A stretch of DNA of 41,420 bases from Bacteroidales bacterium (GCA_028703095.1 JAQVNO010000002.1:1-41420); one strand, 5' to 3'. Counted from the stretch's first letter, positions 8,868 to 18,262 are shown. Notes: generated from the letters alone by a model not told the origin. Made by a program: numbers and translations.

Positions 8868-9968
8868 ATGATAATGAAAAAAAAAATAACAATTTTTACA
8901 ATTACATTCTTTTCACTCACTGTTTATTCGCAATCCTACCATTCTACACGAGATACCTTTCACATACCTTCCAATTCTATTTGCGGCTTTTTTGAAGAAC
9001 CAACAGGTGTTTATTTTTATTGGTTAAATCCAAGTTTTATTACCGATGGCATCCATTTTTACAAAGAAACGAAAGGAGAGTTTAGTCCCTACAAAAACAT
9101 TAAATTCTCAACGGAAATATTAGATGCTTTCCGAAACAGGTCCATTTCGCTTGCTTCATTTGTTTTTATTTCGTTCGATACGGCACTCTCTATCAACGGC
9201 AAAGAAATAGTAATGTTAGATTTAAAAAAAGGAAAAATTCTTCAGCGAACTACCTATAATACCGATTCAAATTATAGTTTATTGTTGTCTGATAATCCGC
9301 AAAATATGTGGAATCCCCAACGCAGAAGTTTGGCTTTTAGGCTGTATTATATTGGAGACTATGTGAATAAAAGAGAACAATATTATACCGGACAATTGGT
9401 TGCCGAAGTTTTTCCTGAAACAGGTGTGGTAAACAAATTTCCAATGAAATATCCGGTGATGAATATTTTTAAATATTCCGGTATCGCATCAAATCTCTTT
9501 TATCCTAACATAACTTTTCATGGAGATACCTATGTGGTTGGCTTTTTAATAATACCTTTAACGTATGAATATAATGTAACGTCAAATAAATTAGAAACCA
9601 AAAATGTATGCGAAGAAGGGTATATCCCCTTACCCGAATATAAAAATCCTACTCTTGCATCGAATGATTATGAAGATCCGAATATTGCCTCATGGATTTT
9701 TTCACATACGAGAATATATAATCGATTGATTTACGATGCCTATACCCATCGGTATTATCGTTTTTTCAGTCAACAGATAAACGATAATGACAAAACATCT
9801 GTGCAAGGAGTTTCTGTTTTTGATAATCAATGGCAAATGATAGGAAAAAATATTATTTTCGATTCTCCTGTTTCGGTATATTATCCTACTTCCAAAGGTA
9901 TTTACGGCTATACATCCGATGTTGGTTTTGGAATCATTATTAATAAATTGGAAATAATTGAAAAATAA
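8868..9968 (+). CDS. Secreted hypothetical protein (possibly beta-propeller/DUF4221-like, tentative)
   Basis: The ORF track starts at a GTG at 8826. The ATG at 8868 gives a clean signal peptide, MIMKKKITIFTITFFSLTVYSQ. The protein is rich in Tyr/Asn. No catalytic motif recognised. Confidence 0.6.
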   Translation: MIMKKKITIFTITFFSLTVYSQSYHSTRDTFHIPSNSICGFFEEPTGVYFYWLNPSFITDGIHFYKETKGEFSPYKNIKFSTEILDAFRNRSISLASFVFISFDTALSINGKEIVMLDLKKGKILQRTTYNTDSNYSLLLSDNPQNMWNPQRRSLAFRLYYIGDYVNKREQYYTGQLVAEVFPETGVVNKFPMKYPVMNIFKYSGIASNLFYPNITFHGDTYVVGFLIIPLTYEYNVTSNKLETKNVCEEGYIPLPEYKNPTLASNDYEDPNIASWIFSHTRIYNRLIYDAYTHRYYRFFSQQINDNDKTSVQGVSVFDNQWQMIGKNIIFDSPVSVYYPTSKGIYGYTSDVGFGIIINKLEIIEK

Positions 9969-9982
9969 AAAAAAAGAATATC

Positions 9983-10462
9983 ATGTCTCAAAATGAATTA
10001 ATAACAAAAATTGCAAATCGATTAAATAAATATGTAAATATGGTGGAGGGAATATTGCTGGCTTTGCTGTTTCCAGTATTATTGCTTCACTTTTTTACAT
10101 CCCTTCCTGTTTCTCCAATAGTAATGATATTATCCTCTTTGTTGGGAATATTGTACTTTATTATTGCTTTTGCTCAAGATGAAAATAAACCCATGAGTGC
10201 GATAGAATTTTTCTTTCATAAACTTTCGCATATAGGTTTCGCAATTGCTATTTATGGAAGTATATTTACAATTATGAATATGCATGGGGGGAGAATTATG
10301 CTATTTAGCGCGTTGCTTTCAATGGCAGCATCGTTGTTGTATTTACTTTTTATTAAAATTAAAGCTCCTGATACATATTCTTTTTCACTTCGCACTTTTA
10401 TACGACTTGTTGTTTTACTCAGTATCAGTGCTATTTTATTTTTATTTCCCGACATCATATAA
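9983..10462 (+). CDS. Hypothetical integral membrane protein (4-5 TM)
   Basis: 159-aa ORF made almost entirely of hydrophobic segments, 14 nt downstream of the preceding gene. Confidence 0.6.
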   Translation: MSQNELITKIANRLNKYVNMVEGILLALLFPVLLLHFFTSLPVSPIVMILSSLLGILYFIIAFAQDENKPMSAIEFFFHKLSHIGFAIAIYGSIFTIMNMHGGRIMLFSALLSMAASLLYLLFIKIKAPDTYSFSLRTFIRLVVLLSISAILFLFPDII

Positions 10463-10539
10463 TATGCTATTCATTTTTCAATGTAAATAAAATAAAACAT
10501 TTTTATATTCTCGTCGTTACATAATAAAAACATCAACAT

Positions 10540-12702
10540 ATGTCCAAGAAAAAACGCAGGAATGATGCTCCCACCAACATATACGGAGCAAGAATCATTG
10601 AGATATTTACAAAATTTCCCTATCAATATTTTAATTATAAACAAATAGCTTCTAAGTTAGATGTGTATGGAAAAGAAGAGAGAGTATTGATAGCCAAAAC
10701 AATAGAACAACTTTTATCTGCCAATATTTTGCACAGAGGCAATAGGGGAAAATATAAAATAAATCCCTTGCATCTTGAAGCCGATTCATCGAATATCATT
10801 ACCGGTAAGCTGAATATGAAGCAGACAGGCAAAGCGTATTTGATAGTAGATGGGGGTGAATTGGAAGATGTATTTATCTCAGCCAATAATACGGCTCATG
10901 CATTGAATGGCGATTTAGTGAAAGTGCATTTATTCCCTGCCAGAAAAGGCAAACGTCCCGAAGGGCGTGTAATTGAGATTGTTGAACGCTATAAAATTAA
11001 TTTCGTAGGAACGATAAAGATATCGAAAAACATATCCTTTTTTATCCCCGATGACATTAGAATGCCTATGGATGTGCTGATTCCCAACGAAGCCCTACAC
11101 GATGCTAAAAACGGACAGAAGGTGGTAGTTAAACTAACTGAATGGCATGAAAATGCGCGTAATCCTTTTGGTGAAGTCATCCAAGTATTGGGTTTCCCCG
11201 GAAATAACGAAGTGGAAATGCTTTCCATTTTAATAGATCAAACATTTTATAATAAGTTTTCCGAGGAAGTAGAAAAAGAGGCAGCAAACATACCCGAAAC
11301 TATCGATGCCAATGAGTTGCTGCGTCGCCGCGATTTTCGTTCTACTTTTACCATTACTATCGACCCTGCCGATGCCAAAGATTTTGACGATGCTATTTCA
11401 TTTAAAAAGTTGGAGGGCGGATTATACGAAATCGGTATACATATAGCCGATGTTTCCTATTATGTAAAACCCAATACCTTGATTGAAAAGGAAGCTTATA
11501 ATAGGGCTACATCTGTTTATCTCGTTGATAGAACGATTCCTATGTTGCCGGAAAAATTATCAAACGGGATATGTTCTTTATCGCCTAACTCAGATAAACT
11601 CTGTTTTTCTGCCGTTTTTGTGTTGGATGAAAAAGCCAAAGTGCATAAACAATGGTTCGGAAGAACCGTTATTAATTCGGACCACCGTTTTAATTATGAA
11701 GAAGTACAACAGATTATAGAAACCAAAACAGGAGAATATGTAGAAGAAATTTTAATATTAGATAGTATTGCCAAAGCATTGCGTAAAGATCGCTTTGAAA
11801 AAGGCTCTATTAATTTCCATTCCGAGGAGGTAAAGTTTATTTTAAATGAAGAATCCAGACCTATAGGCGTATACGTAAAAGAAAATAAGGACTCCAATCA
11901 GTTGATAGAAGATTTTATGCTGTTGGCAAATCGTAAAGTAGCCGAATTTATAGGTAAAGTGCCGCAAAATAATGATGCCAAAGCATTTGTGTATCGTATT
12001 CACGACCAACCTTTGGAAGAAAAAATAGGAAAATTTAACGAGTTTATCCAAAAATTAGGTTATAATTTGCAATTAAGTTCTCGTAAACATTTAGCAGCAT
12101 CCATTAATAATTTATTTATTGACATTGAAGGTAAAGGAGAACAAAAACTTATCGAACAGCTTGCCATACGTACTATGCAACGGGCAATATATGCAACCGA
12201 TAATATCGGGCATTATGGCCTGGCATTTAAGTATTATACGCATTTTACATCTCCCATCCGACGCTATCCCGATTTGATGGTGCATCGCTTGTTAGAACGT
12301 TACTTAGCAGGAAAACCTTCGGTTAATAAAGAGGAATTGGTGATTAAATGTAAACATGCTACCGAAATGGAACAGCGTGCTACCGAAGCAGAACGGAATT
12401 CGGTGAAATATAAACAAGCTGAATTTCTTTCCGATAAAATAGGGGAACCCTTCGATGGTTTAATTTCCGGTGTGAGTAAATGGGGAATATGGGTTGAGCT
12501 GAAAGATAATAAATGCGAAGGTATGGTGTCGGTTAAAACGTTAACCGATGACTTCTATTATCTTGATGAAGAAAATTATCGATACATAGGTCAACATAGC
12601 GGAAAAATTTTACGACTCGGAGATAATGTGAAAGTGATAGTTAAAAAAGTAGATCTTGCTAAGAAACAAATTGATTTTGTTTTTGTAAATGAAGAAGTAT
12701 AA
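10540..12702 (+). CDS. rnr: Ribonuclease R
   Basis: RNB catalytic core (ITIDPADAKDFDDAIS, YLVDRTIPMLPEKLSNGICSL, HYGLAFKYYTHFTSPIRRYPDLMVHR) plus a C-terminal S1 domain. Confidence 0.93.
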   Translation: MSKKKRRNDAPTNIYGARIIEIFTKFPYQYFNYKQIASKLDVYGKEERVLIAKTIEQLLSANILHRGNRGKYKINPLHLEADSSNIITGKLNMKQTGKAYLIVDGGELEDVFISANNTAHALNGDLVKVHLFPARKGKRPEGRVIEIVERYKINFVGTIKISKNISFFIPDDIRMPMDVLIPNEALHDAKNGQKVVVKLTEWHENARNPFGEVIQVLGFPGNNEVEMLSILIDQTFYNKFSEEVEKEAANIPETIDANELLRRRDFRSTFTITIDPADAKDFDDAISFKKLEGGLYEIGIHIADVSYYVKPNTLIEKEAYNRATSVYLVDRTIPMLPEKLSNGICSLSPNSDKLCFSAVFVLDEKAKVHKQWFGRTVINSDHRFNYEEVQQIIETKTGEYVEEILILDSIAKALRKDRFEKGSINFHSEEVKFILNEESRPIGVYVKENKDSNQLIEDFMLLANRKVAEFIGKVPQNNDAKAFVYRIHDQPLEEKIGKFNEFIQKLGYNLQLSSRKHLAASINNLFIDIEGKGEQKLIEQLAIRTMQRAIYATDNIGHYGLAFKYYTHFTSPIRRYPDLMVHRLLERYLAGKPSVNKEELVIKCKHATEMEQRATEAERNSVKYKQAEFLSDKIGEPFDGLISGVSKWGIWVELKDNKCEGMVSVKTLTDDFYYLDEENYRYIGQHSGKILRLGDNVKVIVKKVDLAKKQIDFVFVNEEV

Positions 12703-12708
12703 TAGTTA

Positions 12709-13278
12709 ATGATGAATGTGGGTTTATATTTCGGCTCTTTCAATCCTGTTCACAATGCACATATTCGCATTGGAGAATATATGCATTCCCATTACCCGAT
12801 GGATGAAATATGGTATGTTTTATCGCCACAAAATCCGTTGAAAGAAGAAAAAGATTTATTGCATGCATCACAGCGATTGCAATTACTCGAAACAGCAATA
12901 AAAGATTTTTCGTATATGAAAGTGTCTACCATAGAATTTGACTTGCCAAAGCCTTCGTATACCTATGTAACATTAAGAACACTTCGTCAACAATATCCCA
13001 ATAGTGTATTTTCAATTATTATGGGGAATGATTCCATGAAGGATATTAATCAATGGAAAAATTATCAGGAAATCAGCGATGGCTATATGATTTATTTGTA
13101 TCCTCGTAATGATATAGAATTATTTATAGTATCCAAGCATATTATACAAACAAATGCACCGAAAATGAATGTTTCTTCATCCGAAATACGAGCAAAAATA
13201 AAAGCAGGAGAATCTATAAAAGAACTAGTGCCTTCAGATGTTTTTAAAATTATACAATCTGAACAATTTTATGTGTAG
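12709..13278 (+). CDS. nadD: Nicotinate-nucleotide adenylyltransferase
   Basis: GLYFGSFNPVHNAH (GxFxPxHxxH) and C-terminal SSSEIR (ISSTxIR-type) motif. Length 189 aa. Confidence 0.9.
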   Translation: MMNVGLYFGSFNPVHNAHIRIGEYMHSHYPMDEIWYVLSPQNPLKEEKDLLHASQRLQLLETAIKDFSYMKVSTIEFDLPKPSYTYVTLRTLRQQYPNSVFSIIMGNDSMKDINQWKNYQEISDGYMIYLYPRNDIELFIVSKHIIQTNAPKMNVSSSEIRAKIKAGESIKELVPSDVFKIIQSEQFYV

Positions 13279-13350
13279 ACGCAAACTCATTAATAAGCTA
13301 TTGAGTGAAAATAGCTGATGTATGTTTCGGCTTGATGATATAAAAGAATA

Positions 13351-13605
13351 TTAATCTTCTATATGACAAGTTTCACAAGCATATCCACTGGCTCTGCACC
13401 CTTCTAATGTTTGATAACAAGTGCCGTGTCCATCGGTGTAAGGATAAGAACAGCATTTGTTAGCACTTGAACAGTAATAAGGGTAATCAGTGTTAGGACA
13501 ATGTTTTGTTTCCAACCAATCAAAATTACAAGCAGAGATAATTAATGGAAGGATACATAAGCCGCAACCGGCTACAATTCCCAAAAATAATTTTTTTAAT
13601 TTCAT
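13351..13605 (-). CDS. Small cysteine-rich secreted lipoprotein (84 aa precursor)
   Basis: Signal peptide with lipobox IISA|C (Cys26). The 58 residues after Cys26 contain 8 Cys and 7 Tyr and end in CETCHIED. Lies 25 nt downstream of the MauE/thioredoxin fusion gene. Confidence 0.6.
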   Translation of the reverse strand: MKLKKLFLGIVAGCGLCILPLIISACNFDWLETKHCPNTDYPYYCSSANKCCSYPYTDGHGTCYQTLEGCRASGYACETCHIED

Positions 13606-13630
13606 GTGTTTAAGTTTTAGTGTTAAAAAA

Positions 13631-14539
13631 TTATGGTAACGTATCTTTATGGGGAAGATAATTTTTCTTAAAGAAGTAAACGGAAGGCACTATATCCACA
13701 ATCACATATTGAATACTGTCATTTTTGATATAAATCAGAGTAGGGACAACATCCGTAAACGCTGAAAATCTTTTCCCGTCAACTTCAAGAATTTCAAAAT
13801 CAGGATGAAAGGAATTACGGAATGCATTATTTTTATCTTTATCCATAGCTATTGCAATCAGCCTGTCGGAAATTTCCGGAGTATTGTATGCTTTTAAGTT
13901 TTCAATAGCATTCCAACAACTCGTACAATGATAGGCAAAAATAAATAAAGTATAGGTAGAATCGGGAGATAATGTCAGAAAGTCAGGTAAAATAGTTTCC
14001 TTTACAGGCATGTGATACAGCGGATGTATTTTATTTTTTTTGTAAGAAACGGGTAGTTCAAACGTAAAACCGATGATGAAAGCAGAAATAAGTCCTACCG
14101 TAACTAAAAATGCGATTTTTTCGGTGTTAATGCTTATTGTATTCACACTTTTTCTCCAGACAAATAGTAAGAGAATAAATAATATGAGATTTCGAAGATA
14201 TACAACATAAGGAGGAAGTTCGGACAGTTTGTTCATATTTCCGAAGCAGCCGCAATCTGTAATACCATGAAAAGTATTTGCATATGCAAAAAGAGCTGTA
14301 AAAATTACAATTAAAATAGCAGCGATGAGTGAGATGAATTTTTGATAAATAGATAGGATCAAAAACAAAGCAATGACAATTTCCAATAAAACGATGATAG
14401 GAGAAAGAATGGACGCATAGGGAAATCCATATTGGACAATTAGATTCCCGAATGCTGCTACATTGAGCATTTTTCCAAAGCCGGAAATCAAAAAAACACA
14501 AGCGGAGAATATAGCAGCTATTTTAACAGTTTTTTGCAT
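13631..14539 (-). CDS. Fusion membrane protein: MauE/DoxX-like N-terminal domain plus C-terminal thioredoxin-fold (TlpA/MauD-like) domain
   Basis: Four to five TM helices with the MauE-type DCGCFG motif (HGITDCGCFGN). A further TM follows, then a soluble domain with the CxxC motif YHCTSCW in thioredoxin-like context. Confidence 0.75.
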   Translation of the reverse strand: MQKTVKIAAIFSACVFLISGFGKMLNVAAFGNLIVQYGFPYASILSPIIVLLEIVIALFLILSIYQKFISLIAAILIVIFTALFAYANTFHGITDCGCFGNMNKLSELPPYVVYLRNLILFILLLFVWRKSVNTISINTEKIAFLVTVGLISAFIIGFTFELPVSYKKNKIHPLYHMPVKETILPDFLTLSPDSTYTLFIFAYHCTSCWNAIENLKAYNTPEISDRLIAIAMDKDKNNAFRNSFHPDFEILEVDGKRFSAFTDVVPTLIYIKNDSIQYVIVDIVPSVYFFKKNYLPHKDTLP

Positions 14540-14758
14540 TAAATTGTGGTATTATAGCCATCGGGGTTTTTGAATGAGTTATTTAAATTCCTCTATTTAA
14601 GTTTAATATGATGTCTGATAAGACAGTTTTGATAAAGAAATGTAAATACAAAAATATATTTTTTTGTATTCAACAATAAAAAAATAAAAAAAAAAATAAA
14701 AAAAAATATGAAGGAGTAGAATCGCTAAGGCAATTGTCAGAAAATCAAAAGTAAAAAA

Positions 14759-15907
14759 TTACTCAAAAAATTGTTTTACTCTTTTAAAGAAGCTAGCTTG
14801 TTTTTGAGCTTTTGGTTGAAAATTATCGGAATGCATAAATCCTTCTATCATTTGTTTTTCTTCTTTAGTGAGATCTTTGGGTATCCATACATTAATATTA
14901 ACAATCAAATCCCCTTTATGATAGCTTTGTAATTCAGGCAACCCTTTTCCTTGCAAACGAAGTAAGGTTCCTGATTGAGTACCGGGTGTGATTTTAATCC
15001 GAGCTTTCCCTTCGATGGTTGGGATGTCAATACTCGTACCCAAGACCGCTTGGGGGAAAGTTATGTAATGTTCCAAATATAAATTATTGCCATCTCGTTC
15101 AAATAAATCGTGAGGAATTTCTTCGATTAGAACAAACAAATCGCCATTAATGCCATTATTAGGGGCAGCATTTCCTTTACCGTTCATGCTTATTTGCATG
15201 CCATTTCCAACTCCCGGAGGTATTTTAATAGTAATAACTTCTTCTCCTTTTACAATTCCGTTTCCGGCACATTGGGTACATTTATCGGTTATTATTTTTC
15301 CGGTACCATGACATTGATGGCATTCGGTTTGAACTTGCATTGCTCCCAAAAATGATTGTTGCATTCTTACTGTATATCCAGAACCATGACAACTTGGGCA
15401 AGTTTTAACGGCATCTGAAGATTTGGCTCCTGTACTGCCACAACTTTTACAACTTATGTATTTTTGAACTTTGATATTTTTTTCAACCCCTTTTGCGATT
15501 TCTTCAAGGCTTAGTTTTACTTTTATGCGAAGGTTGCTTCCTTTTCTAACACCATGAGAACGGGAAGAGTAAGAACGACTGCTTCCGAACCCTCCAAAGC
15601 CAAAATCTTCAAAAATACTTCCAAAACGGCTGAATATATCTTCCATGTTCATGCCTCCGAACCCTTGACTTCCGTTGGCGCCACCTACTCCTGCATGTCC
15701 AAATTGGTCGTAACGATTCCGCTTATCCGGATTGCTTAAAACCTCATATGCTTCCGCAGCTTCTTTAAATTTTTCTTCTGCTTCTTTGTTGTTTGGATTC
15801 TTATCCGGATGGTATTGAATGGCCTTTTGACGATAGGCTTTCTTGATTTCCTGTTCACCGGCATTTTTTGCTACTCCCAACACTTCGTAATAATCTCTTT
15901 TAGCCAT
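14759..15907 (-). CDS. dnaJ: Molecular chaperone DnaJ (Hsp40)
   Basis: J-domain with YHPDKNP, a G/F-rich linker and four CxxCxGxG zinc-finger repeats ([32 protein letters not shown]). Confidence 0.97.
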   Translation of the reverse strand: MAKRDYYEVLGVAKNAGEQEIKKAYRQKAIQYHPDKNPNNKEAEEKFKEAAEAYEVLSNPDKRNRYDQFGHAGVGGANGSQGFGGMNMEDIFSRFGSIFEDFGFGGFGSSRSYSSRSHGVRKGSNLRIKVKLSLEEIAKGVEKNIKVQKYISCKSCGSTGAKSSDAVKTCPSCHGSGYTVRMQQSFLGAMQVQTECHQCHGTGKIITDKCTQCAGNGIVKGEEVITIKIPPGVGNGMQISMNGKGNAAPNNGINGDLFVLIEEIPHDLFERDGNNLYLEHYITFPQAVLGTSIDIPTIEGKARIKITPGTQSGTLLRLQGKGLPELQSYHKGDLIVNINVWIPKDLTKEEKQMIEGFMHSDNFQPKAQKQASFFKRVKQFFE

Positions 15908-15916
15908 TTTAATTTA

Positions 15917-16549
15917 TTATTGGTAGATAACTACTTTTGAAAAACGTATTACTTTATCGTTCAATGCGTAGCCCTTTTGAATTTCTTCTAGAATTTTTCC
16001 TTTATCTTCTTCTTTTTCAGCCGGAACAGTGGTTATGGCTTCGTGAAAATCAGTATTGAAAGTTTCATCTTTTGTTTTAATTTCTTCCAATCCTTTTTGT
16101 TTTAACATATTTTTAAGTTTCTGAAGTATTAATATTAAGCCTTCTTTTACCGAAACATCGTTTACTTCGGGCTTATCATTAAAAACAATGGCTCTTTCCA
16201 TATCATCTATAATAGGAAGTAATTGTAAAATAATATTTTCAGAAGCATTTTTGATAACATCAAGCTTTTCTTTTTGCGTACGTTTTCTGTAATTATCAAA
16301 TTCAGAATACAAACGTAAAAACTTATCCTGTATTTCTGCTTTTTCTGATAGCAACTTTTCGTTTGCAAGTTTTAATTCTTCTATCTGTTGTGTTTTTTTA
16401 TCTTTTTTACCAAACATGTTGCTGCGTCTTGGTTTTTCTTCGTCTTCATCAGCAGCATTATTGTCTATGATTGGATCAGAAGGAATGTTATTAGAATCTG
16501 TATCTTGATTTATTTCTTGGTCTTCGCTTTTTTTTGTATTATCTTCCAT
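15917..16549 (-). CDS. grpE: Nucleotide exchange factor GrpE
   Basis: Acidic N-terminus, coiled-coil LRLYSEFDNYRKRTQKE and C-terminal block GYALNDKVIRFSKVVI. Lies 9 nt upstream of dnaJ. Confidence 0.95.
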   Translation of the reverse strand: MEDNTKKSEDQEINQDTDSNNIPSDPIIDNNAADEDEEKPRRSNMFGKKDKKTQQIEELKLANEKLLSEKAEIQDKFLRLYSEFDNYRKRTQKEKLDVIKNASENIILQLLPIIDDMERAIVFNDKPEVNDVSVKEGLILILQKLKNMLKQKGLEEIKTKDETFNTDFHEAITTVPAEKEEDKGKILEEIQKGYALNDKVIRFSKVVIYQ

Positions 16550-16574
16550 GTCTTTTTCGATTTTGCATTATGGC

Positions 16575-16591
16575 TGGCAAATAATTTGCCA
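16575..16591. promoter_or_regulatory. 17-bp perfect palindrome TGGCAAAT-A-ATTTGCCA upstream of grpE-dnaJ (operator, or -24/-12-type promoter)
   Basis: Read directly from ctggcaaataatttgccaaatg. On either strand it fits TGGCAn-N5-TTGC. It lies 26-42 nt upstream of the grpE ATG (16549). Confidence 0.4.
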
Positions 16592-16651
16592 AATGTCGTT
16601 TTGCTGACAAAAAGGCAGATTATGAAATGGTATTAAGTAAATAAAAAAAAA

Positions 16652-17506
16652 TTAGTAATCTCCTAAAGTTTCTTCCACTTGCGCAATGGCAGCAGCAAAT
16701 TGATCATCGTTAGGAGGCGCACCATGCCATTTGTGTGTCCCCATCATAAAATCAACTCCGTAGCCCATTTCAGTTTGCATGATATATGCGATAGGTTTTC
16801 CTTTTCCACTCATTTCTTTGGCTTGGGTTAATAGCGTTAATACTTCGGACATCTTATTCCCATTCCCATGTAATACATGCCAGCCGAAAGCTTCGAATTT
16901 TGCAGTTAAATCACCCAAATCCATGACATCATTAACTGCTCCGTCAATTTGTTTTAAATTGTAATCAATGGCAAGAATGAGATTATCCACTTTTTTAGAT
17001 CCGGCATACATAAAGGCTTCCCAGTTTTGACCTTCTTGTAATTCGCCATCACCGGCAAGAGCATAAACTATTGAAGTGTCTTTATTTAATTTTTTTGCTT
17101 CAGCAGCACCAACGGCTACCGATACACCCTGACCTAAAGAGCCTGACGCAACATGAATTCCCGGCAGATGGTCGTGTACAGAAGGATGTCCTTGCAAACG
17201 CGAAACTAGTTTTCTGAAACTACCTAACTCTTTTATGTCAAAATAGCCAGCACGAGCTAAAGCGCTGTATAAACAAGGGGTGATGTGACCATTGGAAAGA
17301 AAAAACATGTCTTGTCCATTTCCATCTATTCTAAAATCATTGGGATTCCGTTGCATAACTTCCGAAAATAAGGCGGTCATAAAGTCAATACAGCCTAATG
17401 AACCTCCCGGATGCCCGGATTGAGCAGAATGAACCATACGTAAAATATCTCTTCTTGATTGTGTAGCTTTTTTTTCTAACTCAGTAACTCTTTCTTTTCT
17501 AAACAT
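16652..17506 (-). CDS. Transketolase, N-terminal (TPP-binding) subunit of a split enzyme
   Basis: SGHPGGSLG, FFLSNGH, LGQGVSVAVGAA and GDGELQEGQNWEA motifs. About 284 aa with no pyrimidine-binding or C-terminal domains. The ORF track extends to a TTG at 17533, but the ATG (MFRKERVTELEKK) at about 17506 is more likely because a -7 box overlaps the TTG. Confidence 0.88.
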   Translation of the reverse strand: MFRKERVTELEKKATQSRRDILRMVHSAQSGHPGGSLGCIDFMTALFSEVMQRNPNDFRIDGNGQDMFFLSNGHITPCLYSALARAGYFDIKELGSFRKLVSRLQGHPSVHDHLPGIHVASGSLGQGVSVAVGAAEAKKLNKDTSIVYALAGDGELQEGQNWEAFMYAGSKKVDNLILAIDYNLKQIDGAVNDVMDLGDLTAKFEAFGWHVLHGNGNKMSEVLTLLTQAKEMSGKGKPIAYIMQTEMGYGVDFMMGTHKWHGAPPNDDQFAAAIAQVEETLGDY

Positions 17507-17530
17507 ATTTATTTTAATTAGGGTGACTGG

Positions 17531-17538
17531 CAAAGGTA
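17531..17538 (-). promoter_or_regulatory. Candidate -7 promoter box (TAccTTTG on minus strand) for the transketolase subunit gene
   Basis: Plus-strand caaaggta, about 25-30 nt upstream of the ATG near 17506. Confidence 0.35.
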
Positions 17539-17683
17539 AAAATTATTTTAATGTATAATACGTTTTTTTAAGAAATTTTGTGTTTTTTCTTGTGTAGATG
17601 TTTTTTTTGAACAAGAAGTTTAAATTTATGTTATAAAATATAAGTTTAAAAAATTAATTATAAAAATATAAATATAAAAATTT

Positions 17684-18262
17684 ATGGCTAAAAGTATTAA
17701 AAATACACAAACAGAGGAAAATTTGTTAGCTGCATTTGCAGGTGAGTCTCAAGCTAAAAATCGTTATACTTTTTATGCTAAAGCAGCAAAAAAAGAAGGT
17801 TATGAGCAAATAGCTGCCATATTTGCCGAAACGGCAGCACAAGAAGAACAACACGCCAAGCAATTTTTTAAGTTTTTAGAAGGTGGAATGGTCGAAATTA
17901 CCGCTATGTATCCTGCCGGAGTTATAGGCTCAACCGAAGAAAATTTATTGGCAGCAGCAGAAGGAGAAAATGAAGAATGGACAGAATTGTATCCTGCCTT
18001 TGCTTGTATGGCTGACGAAGAAGGGTTCCCGAAAATAGCTGCAAAATTTAGGGTAATAGCAAAAGCTGAAACCATGCATGAAGACCGCTTTCGTCGTTTA
18101 TTGGAAAATATAAAAGTTAAAAGAGTATTTGAAAGACCTGAACCTGTCCGTTGGGTGTGTCGTAATTGCGGATACGTGCATCAAGGCTGTAAAGCATTGG
18201 ATATGTGCCCATCATGTGAGCATCCCTTGGCTTATTTTGAATTAAAAGAAGAAAATTTTTAA
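17684..18262 (+). CDS. rbr: Rubrerythrin
   Basis: Ferritin-like di-iron domain (EEQHAKQF, AETMHEDRF) plus a C-terminal rubredoxin-like CRNCG...CPSC motif. Confidence 0.93.
   Translation: MAKSIKNTQTEENLLAAFAGESQAKNRYTFYAKAAKKEGYEQIAAIFAETAAQEEQHAKQFFKFLEGGMVEITAMYPAGVIGSTEENLLAAAEGENEEWTELYPAFACMADEEGFPKIAAKFRVIAKAETMHEDRFRRLLENIKVKRVFERPEPVRWVCRNCGYVHQGCKALDMCPSCEHPLAYFELKEENF

Noticed and set aside
8877-8886. A10 tracts just after the start codon of the secreted protein (8877-8886) and in the small OMP gene (22651-22660), considered as phase-variation sites
   Set aside because: Both are in frame and encode Lys runs (MKKK signal-peptide n-region, EKKNN). These are expected by composition in an AT-rich genome. 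Without read-level heterogeneity there is no evidence of switching.
13296-13316. 7-bp hairpin (agctatt/aatagct) between convergent nadD and the Cys-rich peptide gene, considered as a bidirectional terminator
   Set aside because: The stem is short and AT-rich with no flanking T-run. It is too weak to call.
14127-14501. 124-aa alternative-frame ORF within the MauE/thioredoxin fusion gene
   Set aside because: It lies on the same strand in a different frame inside a gene with clear motifs (DCGCFG, CTSC). Its composition is Cys/Phe/Ser-rich junk.
14680-14710. A7-T-A11-T-A9 low-complexity stretch between dnaJ and the MauE-fusion gene
   Set aside because: It is simple AT-rich intergenic DNA, with no repeat-spacer periodicity or coding potential. 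It probably just contributes T-runs downstream of dnaJ on the minus strand.
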